Source: Eledone cirrhosa (lineage: Eukaryota). From it: DNA of 64,000 nucleotides. Below the pieces are notes generated by a model. It searched no databases, had not been told where the DNA came from, and saw only the letters and a program-made list of their open reading frames with translations. The stretch spans positions 11,904,001 to 11,968,000 of the forward strand of contig OZ024765.1 of NCBI GenBank assembly GCA_964016885.1. The letters run 5' to 3'. Positions 43,587-55,585 of this stretch are shown one piece after another (position 1 is the stretch's first letter; the number at the start of each line of letters is the position of its first letter). Made by a program: the position numbers and the translations under genes.

Positions 43587-43628
<42 letters not shown>

Positions 43629-43851
43629 GCAATAACGATTATAATGATGATTCAATAATACTGCTATCTTTTATGTCAACTATTGCCCCCCCCCCCTTCC
43701 TCTCAATCAACCAGCCCCTACAAACGCTTCCCCCATTTAATTACAACATGGCACGTCTCAGTTCAAATGCCTACCTGTCTGTCTGTCTGTCTTTTGGTCT
43801 GTCAGTCTGTCTGTCTGCATGCCTGTCTGCTTGTCTGTCTGCGTGTCTGTG

Positions 43852-43893
<42 letters not shown>

Positions 43894-44495
43894 GGTCTGT
43901 GTGTCTGTGTATATATGTGTATGTGTGTGTGTGTGTGTATGTTTCTATGTGTGTTGGTCTGTATGTCTGTGTATATATGTGTATGTGTGTGTGTGTTGGT
44001 CTGTGTGTCTGTGTATATATGTGTATGTGTGTGTGTGTTGTTCTGTGTGTCTGTGTATATATGTGTATGTTTGTGTGTGTGTGTTTCTATGTGTGTGTTG
44101 GTCTGTGTGTCTGTGTATATATGTGTATGTTTGTGTGTGTGTGTTTCTATGTGTGTGTTGGTCTGTGTGTCTGTGTATATATGTATATGTGTGTGTGTGT
44201 CTATGTGTGTGTTGGTCTGTGTGTCTGTGTATATATGTGTATGTGTGTGTGTGTGTGTGTGTTTCTATGTGTGTGTTGGTCTGTGTGTCTGAGTATATAT
44301 GTGTATGTGTGTTTCTATGTGTGTCTGTGTATATATGTATGTGTGTGTGTGTATGTTTCTATGTGTGTGTCGGTCTGTGTGTCTGTGTGTATATATGTGT
44401 ATGTGTGTGTGTGTGTGTTTCTATGTGTGTGTTGGTCTGTATGTCTGTGTGTCTGTGTATATATGTATATATATATATGTGTGTGTATACATGCG

Positions 44496-44537
<42 letters not shown>

Positions 44538-44743
44538 TGTATGTTTCTGTACCTATGTGTCTGTCTGGCTGTCTGTGTATATATATGTGTATACATGCGT
44601 ATATATATATATGTGTGCGTATATATGTGTGTATATATGTGTGTATATATATATATATATGTGTGTGTATATATGTGTCTATATATATATATATATGTGT
44701 GTGAATATATATATGTGTGTGTATATATATATATGTGTGTGTG

Positions 44744-44774
<31 letters not shown>

Positions 44775-44908
44775 TAACATATATATATGATTGTGTGTGT
44801 ATATATGTGTGTATAAGTATGTGTCTGTATCCCTGAGTCTGTGTATGTATCTGTGTGTGTGTCTCAGTGACTGTGTTGTGTGTGTATATATGTGTGTATA
44901 TATATATA

Positions 44909-44949
<41 letters not shown>

Positions 44950-45061
44950 CTGCTTGACTGTCAAAACATGGCGTCCCATCAATTCTTTACAATTTGCAAT
45001 ATTGCATCCCAACTTAGGTGGTATGGTGGGTTGTGAGGATGGTAGAATGGTGTAGTGTGTT

Positions 45062-45700
45062 TTCATCATCATCACCTTTTAACATCAATTTTTCCACGCT
45101 AGCAGACAAGTTGTCCTGTTGTGGGCAACGCCCTGACAGGTGACCATGTCTTGTACGTACAGAACTGATTCTGGCTTGGTTTCTACAGCAGGATGCCCTT
45201 CCTAACACCAACCTCATTTACAGGGTGGACTGGGTGCTTTTTTATGGTGACACCTACACAACCACTTTACAGTGTGGGCTGGGTGCTTTTTGTTGTGACA
45301 CCTACATGACTACTTTACAGTGAGTACTGGGTGCTTTCTTCATGACAACTGCACAACCACTTTACAGGGTGGACTGGGTGCTTTTTGTCATGATACCTAC
45401 ACAACCACTTTACAGTGTGGGCTGGGTGCTTTTTGTTGTGACACCTACATGACCACTTTACAGTGAGTACTGGGTGCTTTCTTCATGACACCTACACAAC
45501 CACTTTACAGTGTGGGCTGGGTGCTTTTCATCATAACACCTACACGCCCACTCTATAGTGTGGACTGGGTGCTTTTTGTCGAGGCACCTACATGACCACT
45601 TTACAGGGTGAACTGGGTGGTTTCCATCATGACCATTTTACAGTGTGTGTTGAGTCCTTTTTGTTGTGACGTCTACACAACCACTTTACAGTGTGAGCAT
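45062..45700 (-). mobile_element. SINE family 2 with an internal 48-bp unit expanded to about 10 copies
   Basis: SINE tail followed by ACCACTTTACAGTGTGGGCTGGGTGCTTT..GACACCTAC repeats. Confidence 0.88.
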
Positions 45701-47167
45701 AGAGGGTGGGGTGGGGGTAATACTGTGTATGTACTTCAGATGATGGTAAAAGTGGTATGGTGTGTTGTGAAGATGGTAGTAGTAAAGTGGTGCAGCAGAA
45801 CTCTAAGATGGTGATGGCAGTCGTGATGATGGTAGTGGTGGTAATGATGATGGTGGTGGTGATGGTTGTGGTGATGGTGGTAGTGGTGCTGATGATAATG
45901 GCAGTGGTGATGATGGTGGTGGTGATGGTGGTGGTGGTGGTGATGGTGGTGGTGGTTGTAGTGGTGATGGTGGTGGTTTTGGTGGTGGTGGTTGTAGTGG
46001 TGATGGTGGTGGTGGTGGTGGTGGTGGTGGTGGTGGTGGTGGTGGTGGTGCTGATGATAATGGCAGTGGTGATGGTGGTGGTGGTGGTGATGGTGGTGGC
46101 AGTGGTGATGATGGTGGTGGTGGTGATGGTGGTGGTGGTGGTGGTGGTGGTGACGGAGTCTGTTAAAAGATATTGTAAGAGGAAAAGTTGGAGACAAGGA
46201 GGTGGTAGTGTAGAAGGAGGAGTGAGAGGAGGAGAATGAGGCACAGAGGAAGAAAGGTGGAGGTGGAGGAAGAGGTGGTGGAAGAAGTGGAGGAAGAGGT
46301 GGTGGTGGAGGAAGAGGTGGAGGTGGTGGAGGAATTATGAATAAAGAGATTTATAGCGACCTGAACTTCAAGCTCTGTTGCTTTTATTAATCAAAATGAT
46401 AATTTAATTCTTATAAATATATCTAGAACATTTGATAATGGTGGTGGTGGTGGTGGTGGTGGTGTGGTGGTGTGGTGGTGATGGTGGTGGTGGTGTGGTG
46501 GTGGTGGTGTGGAGTGTGGGAGTATGGTGCTGGTGGTGGTGTGGAGTGTGGGAGTGTGGTGCTGGTGGTGGTGTGGAGTGTGGGAGTATGGTGCTGGTGG
46601 TGGTGTGGAGTGTGGGAGTGTGGTGCTGGTGGTGTTGTGGAATGTGGGAGTATGGTGGTGGTGTGGAGTGTGGGAGTATGGTGGTGGTGGTGTTGAGTGT
46701 GGGAGTGTGGTAGTGGTGTGGGAGTATGGTGATGGTGGTGTGGGAGTATGGTGGTGGTGTGGAGTGTGGGAGTGTGGTAGTGGAGGTGGTGGAGGTTGGG
46801 CTGTTTGGTGGTGGTGGAAATTGTTGGGGTTAGGATTGTGATGTTGGTGGTGGTGGAGATGGGAATTGTTGGGGTGGTGGTGGTGGTGGTGGTGGAAATT
46901 GCTGGGGTAAGGATTGTGATGTTGGTGGTAACCCTATGAGAGACTTAAAAATCGATCAGATAGATTTGTTTGGAAGCAGATTTAAGTTAAATGGGTTTCT
47001 CCTTAGATAAAGGGTTTTAGACCCGAAAATATTTGGGATCGTTAAATTTGCTGAGGTAAGATTCTTTTGTTATCTTGGCAATTTAACATTCTTCATATGT
47101 ATTGTTTTGGTTTTCAAAATTAAAATTTGTGTATATATATATATATACATACATATATATAAATATT

Positions 47168-47792
47168 TCTCGGACCGGGTGATGTGTTGTTTCCTTGAGC
47201 AGGACACTTTATTTCACATTGCTCCAGTTTACTCAGCTGTGGAAATGAGATGATAGGGACTGGAGTCCATATCATTCCACTGCAAAGTGGTCATGGAGGT
47301 GCCACGGTAAAAAAGCACCCAGCATTCACTGTAAAGTGGACATGGAGGTGCCACGGCAAAAGAGCACCCAGCCCACACTGTAAAGTGGACGTGGAGGTGC
47401 CACGGCAAAAAAGCACCCAGCCCACACTGTAAAGTGGACGTGGTGGTGCCACGGCAAAAAAGCACTCAGCCCACACTGTAAAGTGGACGTGGTGGTGCCA
47501 CGGCAAAAAAGCACCCAGCCCACACTGTAAAGTGGACGTGGAGGTGCCACGGCAAAAAAGCACCCAGCACTCACTGTAAAGTGGACGTGTAGGGGCCATG
47601 GAAAAAAAGAACCGAGCACTCACTGTAAATGAGGTTCGTATTTGGAAGGGCATCCAGCCGTAGAAATCAAGCCAGAATCAGTTCCATATGAGCAAGACAT
47701 GGTCACCTGACCTGGCATTGCCCACAACAGGACAACCCGTCTAACCCATGCTAGCGTGGAAGAATGGACATAAAACGTTGATGATGATGATG
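47168..47792 (+). mobile_element. SINE family 2 with a 49-bp unit, about 7 copies
   Basis: GCCACGGCAAAA at 47350, 47399 and onward, between the SINE centre and the (GAT)n tail. Confidence 0.9.
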
Positions 47793-47818
47793 ATATATAT
47801 ATATATATATATATCATC

Positions 47819-47996
47819 ATGAGGAGTTTACAAATCCAGTATCCAAGATACACTTTCAGCTTCATACCCATCATTATTGGAGCTATAGGTTATATACCAA
47901 CCCGCTTGAACCAAAGTATAACTGAACATGGATTTGTGGACAGAGAGCGCAGTTCCCTAATTCATAGACTACAAATGGCCGTGATATCTGGCACAT
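47819..47996 (+). mobile_element. R4/Dong-type LINE C-terminal (restriction-like endonuclease) fragment
   Basis: RSLQIQYPRYTFSFIPIIIGAIGYIPTRL..LIHRLQMAVISGT matches the P-hhh-GAhG..LQ..h-GT pattern of REL-clade ORFs. Confidence 0.7.
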
Positions 47997-48480
47997 CTTC
48001 ACGCTCAGAGTTGCTGAAGCATGGAACAAACTACCTGCATCAGTTGTTAGCTGTCGGGACACTGCATCCTTTGAAACCTCCATGCTTGCTGAGATTCGCC
48101 AACACTACACCTGATATCCCCCCTCCATACACATACACACATGTATATCATGACTCATACACTGCTCACTTCCCTGACATTTGTATATTATTCTATAGCA
48201 GGGTGGTGAAATGGCAGTATCGGTAGAGGGTTGGACGCCATGCTTTCCAGCACAGTTACGTCCCTTTTCAGTCTGAGTTCAAATCCCGTCGAGGTTAACT
48301 TTGCCTTTTATCCTTACGGGGTCAATAAAATAAAGTACCATTAATGTACTGGGTAATTGCTGGCCTTGTGCCAAAAGTAGAAACAATTATTCTATGTACT
48401 ATACATGCACCTTTGACGAGTTGTTGTGCACCTGAGCACTGTACACAATAATTTCATTATTATTATTATTATTATTATAA
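47997..48480 (+). mobile_element. CR1/L2 LINE 3' end interrupted by SINE family 1
   Basis: FTLRVAEAWNKLPASVVSCRDTASF..*; the SINE is flanked by TSD ATTATTCTAT; (ATT)n tail. Confidence 0.85.
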
Positions 48481-48848
48481 TTACATTCAAAATTTGGAAA
48501 ACATTCTTGCGATTCAAGAGATGACAATTTCTTTTCTTTTACAAGCTTGCCACCAGGAAGGTGGCCGGTTAAAAATGTACTCAAAATTAAGAGAAAGAGA
48601 GACATATATAATGGCAGACATGAAGAAGATGGAGAAAGCTGGTATTGTTGAGATAAATTACCTTTTGGTGTATAATTATCTCCTGTTAATTGTGAAATAT
48701 TATCTCACACAGTCACTCTGTAGGATATTTTACATATTTCATAATGTTGATAAGAGCAACACATCTTTCTCTTTGTAATTTATTGACTAAAATCAGGTTA
48801 CAACCACCAACTCTCCCCTAGCTCTTATCATATATATATATACACACA

Positions 48849-48903
<55 letters not shown>

Positions 48904-48950
48904 TCACATGTATATATATACATATATATATATATATACACACATATGTG

Positions 48951-48982
<32 letters not shown>

Positions 48983-49126
48983 AACGCATGTGTATATATA
49001 TATATATATATATATACGTGTGTGAGTGTGTGTACATTTGTATGTGTGTGAGAGTGTAAGTATGAATATGCATATATATTATATATATATATACATACAT
49101 ATATACACATACATATATACACATAC

Positions 49127-49191
<65 letters not shown>

Positions 49192-49504
49192 TATACATAT
49201 ATATATACATACACACACATATATATACATATATACACAGACATCATCATCATCAACGTTTAACGTCCGTGTTCCACGCTTGCATGGGTTTGGATGGCGG
49301 TAGTCCCACTTGAGGCAAGAGTGATTGTCTTGCTCGCATAGGACTGTCTGGCAGGTTTTCTACAGTTGGATGCCCTTCCTAACACCAACCACATTTACAG
49401 TGTGGGTCTGGGAGGTTTTTACCGTGTTGCCTACACGGCCACATTACAGCGTGGACTGTGTGTTTTTTTGTCGTGACGCCTACACAAAATATATATATAT
49501 ACAC

Positions 49505-49538
<34 letters not shown>

Positions 49539-49774
49539 GTATATATATAAATATACACACACATACATATACACATATATATACAGATAGGTAGATATAG
49601 ATGTAGTAATTATCATAGTTAAAAGTGTGGAAAAATCTCGAATTTGTGTAAAGAGTTGTCTTTTCTAATAAAAACCAATCGTTACAACTATATATATATA
49701 TATATATAAAGGTATATATATATATATATACACACACCTCTCTGTAAATGTGTGTATTAATGAGTGTGGTGTAT

Positions 49775-50040
49775 GTATTCTAGGGCGGGTAAAATTCCCG
49801 AGATCCATGGACGAGTTCTCTCCAGTTGTCTCTGTCCCTCATTATTGCTGCCATGTCCTGCGTCTCCAACAGACCAGTGTCTGTCCTTAGGGCATCAACA
49901 TACGTTAACCTTGGTCTTCCTCTTCCAGTGTGTCCATGTAGGGGCTCCCACAGGAGCCCTGAGTGCAGTGTCAACTCTGGATGTCGGTGAGCATGTCCAG
50001 CTAACCTCAGTCTCTTCTGTGTCACTTTTGAGCTGACTTT
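49775..50040 (-). mobile_element. RTE/RTE-X LINE 3' end (same family as 11486)
   Basis: [54 protein letters not shown]. Confidence 0.88.
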
Positions 50041-50092
<52 letters not shown>

Positions 50093-50873
50093 AATGTATA
50101 TATATATATACACACACTCACACATATATACATAAAGATATAAATGGCTATACACACACACATATACATATATACATAAAGATATAAATGTATATATACA
50201 CACACGCATACATATATACATAAAAATATAAATGTATATATATACACACACATACATATATATAAAGATATAAATGTATATATATATACACACGCATACA
50301 TATATACATAAAAATATAAATGTATATATATACACACACATACATATATATAAAGATATAAATGTATATATATATACACACGCATACATATATACATAAA
50401 GATATAAATGGCTATACACACACACATATACATATATACATAAAGATATAAATGTATATATACACACACGCATACATATATACATAAAAATATAAATGTA
50501 TATATATACACACACATACATATATATAAAGATATAAATGTATATATATATATACACACGCATACATATATACATATAGATATAAATGTATATATATACA
50601 CACACACACACATATATACAAAGATATAAATGTATATATATACAAACACACATATATACATAAAGATATAAATGTATATATATACACACACACATACATA
50701 TATACATAAAGATATAAATGTATATATATACATACACATACATATATATATATACAAAGATATAAATGTATATATATACACACACTCATACATATATACA
50801 AAGATATAAATGTATATATATATATACACACACGCATACATATATACATAAAGATATAAATGTATATACATAT

Positions 50874-50906
<33 letters not shown>

Positions 50907-51111
50907 CATACAGTCCTATACGAACAAGACAACCAATCTTGCCTCAAGTGGGAAAATTCCCGTCCAAACCCATGCTAGTGTGGAAGATGGATGTTAAACG
51001 ATGATGATGATGATGATGATATATATATATATATACATACATGTGTATATTTATATATATATACATAAAGATATATATATATATATATGTATATATATGT
51101 GTGTGTGTATT

Positions 51112-51140
<29 letters not shown>

Positions 51141-51145
<5 letters not shown>

Positions 51146-51544
51146 CGATATTAAACAAATGGAAACTATATTTATAAAACCATATCTATTTCATTATACA
51201 TATTTCAGGGATACCATATTAAAAATATGGCATGCCTTCTTCAGATAAAATACAATATATAAGCAGTTTTATAAATAAATTTGACGTACCATAAATATTG
51301 ATCAACTTCCATGTGCGAAGTTGGTTTATTTATAAAACTGCTTATATATTGTATTTTATCTGAAGAAGGCATGCCATATTTTTAATATGGTATCCCTGAA
51401 ATATGTATAATGAAATAGATATGGTTTTATAAATATAGTTTCCATTTGTTTAATATCGTATATCTACTCCAAAACTTGTTGAGTGCTTTATATCAGTTAT
51501 AAAATATTTACTTGTTGTAACCCAACAATTTTAAATAAAACTTT

Positions 51545-51548
<4 letters not shown>
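51141..51548 (+). mobile_element. Fold-back element, family D: 139-bp inverted arms, 45-nt spacer, tail, inside (TA)n
   Basis: 51141-51279 is the reverse complement of 51325-51463, with no mismatch seen by eye. Confidence 0.85.
51352..51417 (+). ncRNA. Type I hammerhead ribozyme motif (mirror copy on the minus strand at 51187-51252)
   Basis: TATTTTAT-CTGAAGA-AGGCATGCCATATT-TTT-AATATGGTATCCCT-GAA-ATATGTAT-A-ATGAAATA; 8-bp stem I, 14-bp stem II with one mismatch, AUA site. Confidence 0.8.
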
Positions 51549-51574
<26 letters not shown>

Positions 51575-51577
<3 letters not shown>

Positions 51578-51734
51578 CGAGGGAAATGTGGTAAGGAACC
51601 AGATGGACCATAACACACCAAAGTACTCAATACTTAGGGTAGTAGAGTGGGTAATAGGAACGAGTAGGACCCCGAGTAGTCCAGAATTAGCCGTCGAAAC
51701 GGCTTGAGCTCAGCCGTCGGGGTCCTACTCGTTC

Positions 51735-51737
<3 letters not shown>
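51575..51737. mobile_element. Fold-back element, family B
   Basis: Inverted full tail ending GGACCCCGA, joined to AGTCCAGAATTAGCCGTC-GAA-ACGGCTTGAGCTCAGCCGT-C-GGGGTCC. Confidence 0.75.
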
Positions 51738-51769
<32 letters not shown>

Positions 51770-52368
51770 TATATACACACATATCTTTACTATCGCATAT
51801 CTTTACTATCTCTAATCCTTCTATAGATTTAGAAAAATAACCAATAATATATTCTATAAAAAATGTCAAAACAACAGATGGGAATCTAATTAATCACTGC
51901 CACCAAGAATTCTCACTGCTATCGAAAAACCACTCCTTCAACTATTCTTCTAACAACTTCACCCCTTCCTCCTAATATTCTCTATAAAAACTAAATAGGT
52001 CCTCAGTAATATTATTCTGATGAAATGACAGTAAATAATAACATTGAAATATTGAATGTCTGCATAACTAAAAGTTTGTAGATAGCTGTTTTAGGTTATG
52101 TAACTGTTATAGAAACACGTGTCAATAAATTCCTTTCAACTAAACTGTATCCATTCAAATCTTTCTATATACATATATATATATACATATATATATATAT
52201 ACATATATATACATATATCAAACAGTTGTGCTAATTGTATGCCTATGTTTATATACGTGATATAATGGAGGAGACAGTGAAGACACTTTCTTTTTTTTGT
52301 CAAGTATCTCAAAATATCTTGTTTATATAATTAAATTTAATTTATTTCACCTTTCTTCCATGCATGTA

Positions 52369-52414
52369 TCTATAAACACACTGTTTCTGCATATTCGTGT
52401 GTCATCAGTGCAGA
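52369..52414 (-). ncRNA. Degenerate hammerhead-like motif
   Basis: TCTGCA-CTGATGA-CACACGAATATGCA-GAA-ACAGTGTGT-T-TATAGA; weak stem II. Confidence 0.4.
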
Positions 52415-52487
52415 GTAACTGACAAGATGGTTGTCTCATGTTAGAGTTAAGTGTCTTTCTTTGTTTTAAATCATATATATATATATA

Positions 52488-52888
52488 GAGAGAGAGAGAG
52501 CGAGCGAGAGAGTAGGAGAGAGACAGTGAGAGATAGATAGATAGAGAGACAGTGAGAGATAAATAGAGAGAGAGATACTGAAAGACAGGGATAGAGAGAG
52601 AGAGAGAGAGAGAGAGCGCGAGAGAGTAGGAGAAAGACAGTGAGAGATAGATAGATAGAGAGACAGTGAGAGATAAATAGAGAGAGAGATACTGAAAGAC
52701 AGAGATAGAGAGAGGGAGTGAGAGAGAGAGAGAGAGTGACAGTGAGAGAGAGAGATAGAGAGTGTCAGTGAGAGATAAAGAGAGAGTGTGTCAGTAAGAG
52801 GAGAGAGAAAGAGAGATAGTGAGAGATAAATAGATGGAGAGAAATAGTGAGAGACAGAGATAGAGAGAGAGATAGTGAGAGAGAAAGC
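52488..52888. repeat. (GA)n-derived purine tract with an internal duplication of about 120 bp
   Basis: Direct reading. Confidence 0.9.
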
Positions 52889-53559
52889 AATAGACTTATA
52901 TAATTGTTTCTACATTTGGTACAAGGCAATCCATTACCCAGTGCATTACTGGTACTTTATTTTATCGACCCCGTAAGGATGAAAGGCAAAGTTAACCTCG
53001 GCGGGATTTGAACTCAGATCGTAAAGGGAAGTAACTATGCTGGAAAGCATGGCGTCCGACTCTCTACTAACACTGCCAATCCACCGCCTTATCGACTTAT
53101 ATAATGTTAGGGAGATAGATATATATATATATTTATATAATAATAATTGTTTCTACTTTAGGCACAAGGCCAGCAATTACCCAGTGCATTACTGGTACTT
53201 TATTTTATCGACCCCGTAAGGATGAAAGGCAAAGTCAACCTCGGTGGGATTTGAACTCAGATCATAAAGGGACATAACTATGCTGGAAAGCATGGCGTCT
53301 GACCCTCTACCGATACTGCCAACCCACCGCCCTTTATTATTTATATAATAAAGGGCGGTGGATTGGCAGTATTGGTAGAGGGTCGGACGCCATGCTTTGA
53401 TGTATAGAGTTAGGGCCCTTGCCATTCCGAGTTCAAATCCTGCCAAGGTTAACTTTGCCTTTCATCCTTACAGGGTCGATAAAATAAAGTACCAGTAATG
53501 CACTGGGTATTTGCTGGCCTTGTGTCTAACGTAGAAACAATTATTTATATAATAATAAT

Positions 53560-53793
53560 ACAAGGACGAATGGTTACTCCTTCATTACATTTATTGGTTA
53601 GTGACACGCGTTTCGCTATTGATCAGCTCAAGGTTCGATCTGGCACGACTCTGGAATCAAAAGTTCATCAGACCTCTGTGGTAGTAAGGGCGAGCTATTG
53701 ATTCCAGAGTCAGGCTAGATCAATACAGATCGAACCTTGAGCTGATCAGTAGCGAAACGCGCGTCACCAACCAATAAACGTATTGAAGGAGTA
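53560..53793. mobile_element. Fold-back hammerhead element, family E
   Basis: Minus-strand core GGT-CTGATGA..ATCAATAGC-GAA-ACGCGTGT-C-ACT (53600-53674); plus arm GCTATTGAT..ATCAGTAGC-GAA-ACGCGCGT-C-ACC lacks CTGA. Confidence 0.78.
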
Positions 53794-54871
53794 TATATGT
53801 ATGTAGATATATGTCAAATAAAATCGTAATTGACAATATGCTCAGAAATAGAAGAGAGGCTGTGTTATACTTTCTTCTGTAATCAGTAAAGTAATCCATG
53901 ATACATTTAAAAAAGACGATATTATATATAAACTGTATTACGGTGAAATTTTATGAAAACGTAAAGGGGAAAATGAGATTAGTGATGAAATGTAAACATT
54001 TGATATAATGATGCAAATATATGAATGTTTATATAAGTGATGTGATATAGCGTACAGCGAAGTGTTATGATATAACGGACACTAACGTAACTGTTGACAT
54101 TTTAAAATTTTAAAAGAAGTGAATATTTAAATAAGCAATTTTAATCAACAGCTACAAAATTTAATATATAAATTATATAATATTCATTCATCATTTATTC
54201 AAAGTAATCCAACTTATTTTAATAACATGATAAAATAAACAAAGAGGACACAGTCTCGCAGTTCTCCATTCATTACATATTAGATATAGTTATGTCCCTT
54301 TACGGTCTGAGTTCAAATCCCACCGGGGTTGACTTTGCCTTTCATCCTTACGGGGTCGATAAAATAAAGTACCAGTAATGCACTGGGTAATTGCTGGCCT
54401 TGTGCCAAAAGTAGAAACAATTATATATAAGATATATAAGCTGATGTGCTTATTCATGTGACTGCATCAACCAACCAAACTTCACTCATATATGAAAAAA
54501 CAACCTGCCCCCCTTTTTGGGGGAAGGCAAATATAATAAGAACTTTGTAACGCGAACTGGCGCAAAATTTATTATACTTATTCACCAACCAACCAAATTA
54601 CTTCTCTAAAAGCCTAGCATTTCGAGCCACTTTTTTCCATATAAAACAGAAGTAACATTCAAAGACCAACCAGATGTGAGAAAAACCACAGACCCTCCAT
54701 CTCAATTCTACTTTTGAAAAGCAGAAGGACTGCGAAACCAGTAAAGGAACCAAATAAATATATATTTTTTTAAAAAAAGACTCCAGTTGCATTTTCGATT
54801 TAATTTGTTTTCCTTATACTTTCACTCGTGTAAGACACCGGTTTTTTTTTCATTTTGTATAAAAACCTCAC

Positions 54872-54935
<64 letters not shown>

Positions 54936-55529
54936 AAAATTAAGATATATTAAAAGAATTCAATCAGAATCGAAATTGTGGGTGTCATTCCTTAACGGAA
55001 TGCGCCATATCGCCCGGAAAATAAGCTCTAGGACTTACACGCTTGTAAAAATTATCTCCTGTGATTTTTCATGTTTATATTTATTTATATATATGTTGAT
55101 CAATTCCTAGTTATTATATATATATTTCATTTCATTTCATTTCATTTTACGTCCACTTTTCCCTGCTTGCAAGGGTGGAACGGGAACTGATTCTGGCTTG
55201 ATTTCTACAGCTGGATGCCCTTCCTAACACCAACCTCATTTACAGTGAGTGCTGGGTGCTTTTTTGCCGTGGCACCTCCACGACCACTTTGCAGTGGAAT
55301 GATAGAGACCCCAGTCCCTATCATCTCATTTCTACAGCTGAGTAAACTGGAGCAATGTGAAATAAAGTGCCTTGCTCAAGGAAACAACACATCACCCGGT
55401 CTGAGAATTGAACTCACAACCTTTCAATTGCAAGGCCAATGCTCTAACCACTAAGCCATGTGCCTCCATATATATATATATTTAGTGACGAAACATAAGT
55501 CAATTGCATGAACTCATAATCCTTTATTT

Positions 55530-55585
55530 ACTGCTATATATATTTCGATGATAGCCATTGAGTGGCTATGACCTCATCAGGCAGT
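55530..55585 (-). ncRNA. Type I hammerhead ribozyme motif, family F
   Basis: ACTGC-CTGATGA-GGTCATAGCCA-CTCAA-TGGCTATCATC-GAA-ATATATAT-A-GCAGT; complete core, 5-bp stem I, perfect palindromic stem III. Confidence 0.82.

Noticed and set aside
42818-44704. 628-aa ORF with Gly/Cys/Tyr/Asp repeats (GGNGCCYGGG) resembling a structural protein
   Set aside because: Built from (GGT)n and (GT)n tracts; several frames on both strands are open; no signal peptide or real start context
48494-48778. 94-aa non-repetitive ORF
   Set aside because: No recognisable motif, non-ATG start, AT-rich; length compatible with chance
52010-52068. CTGATGA-AATG..CATT-GAAA-TATTGAATG-TC hammerhead-like match
   Set aside because: No stem I pairing, AT-only stems and no related copy in the window; may be chance
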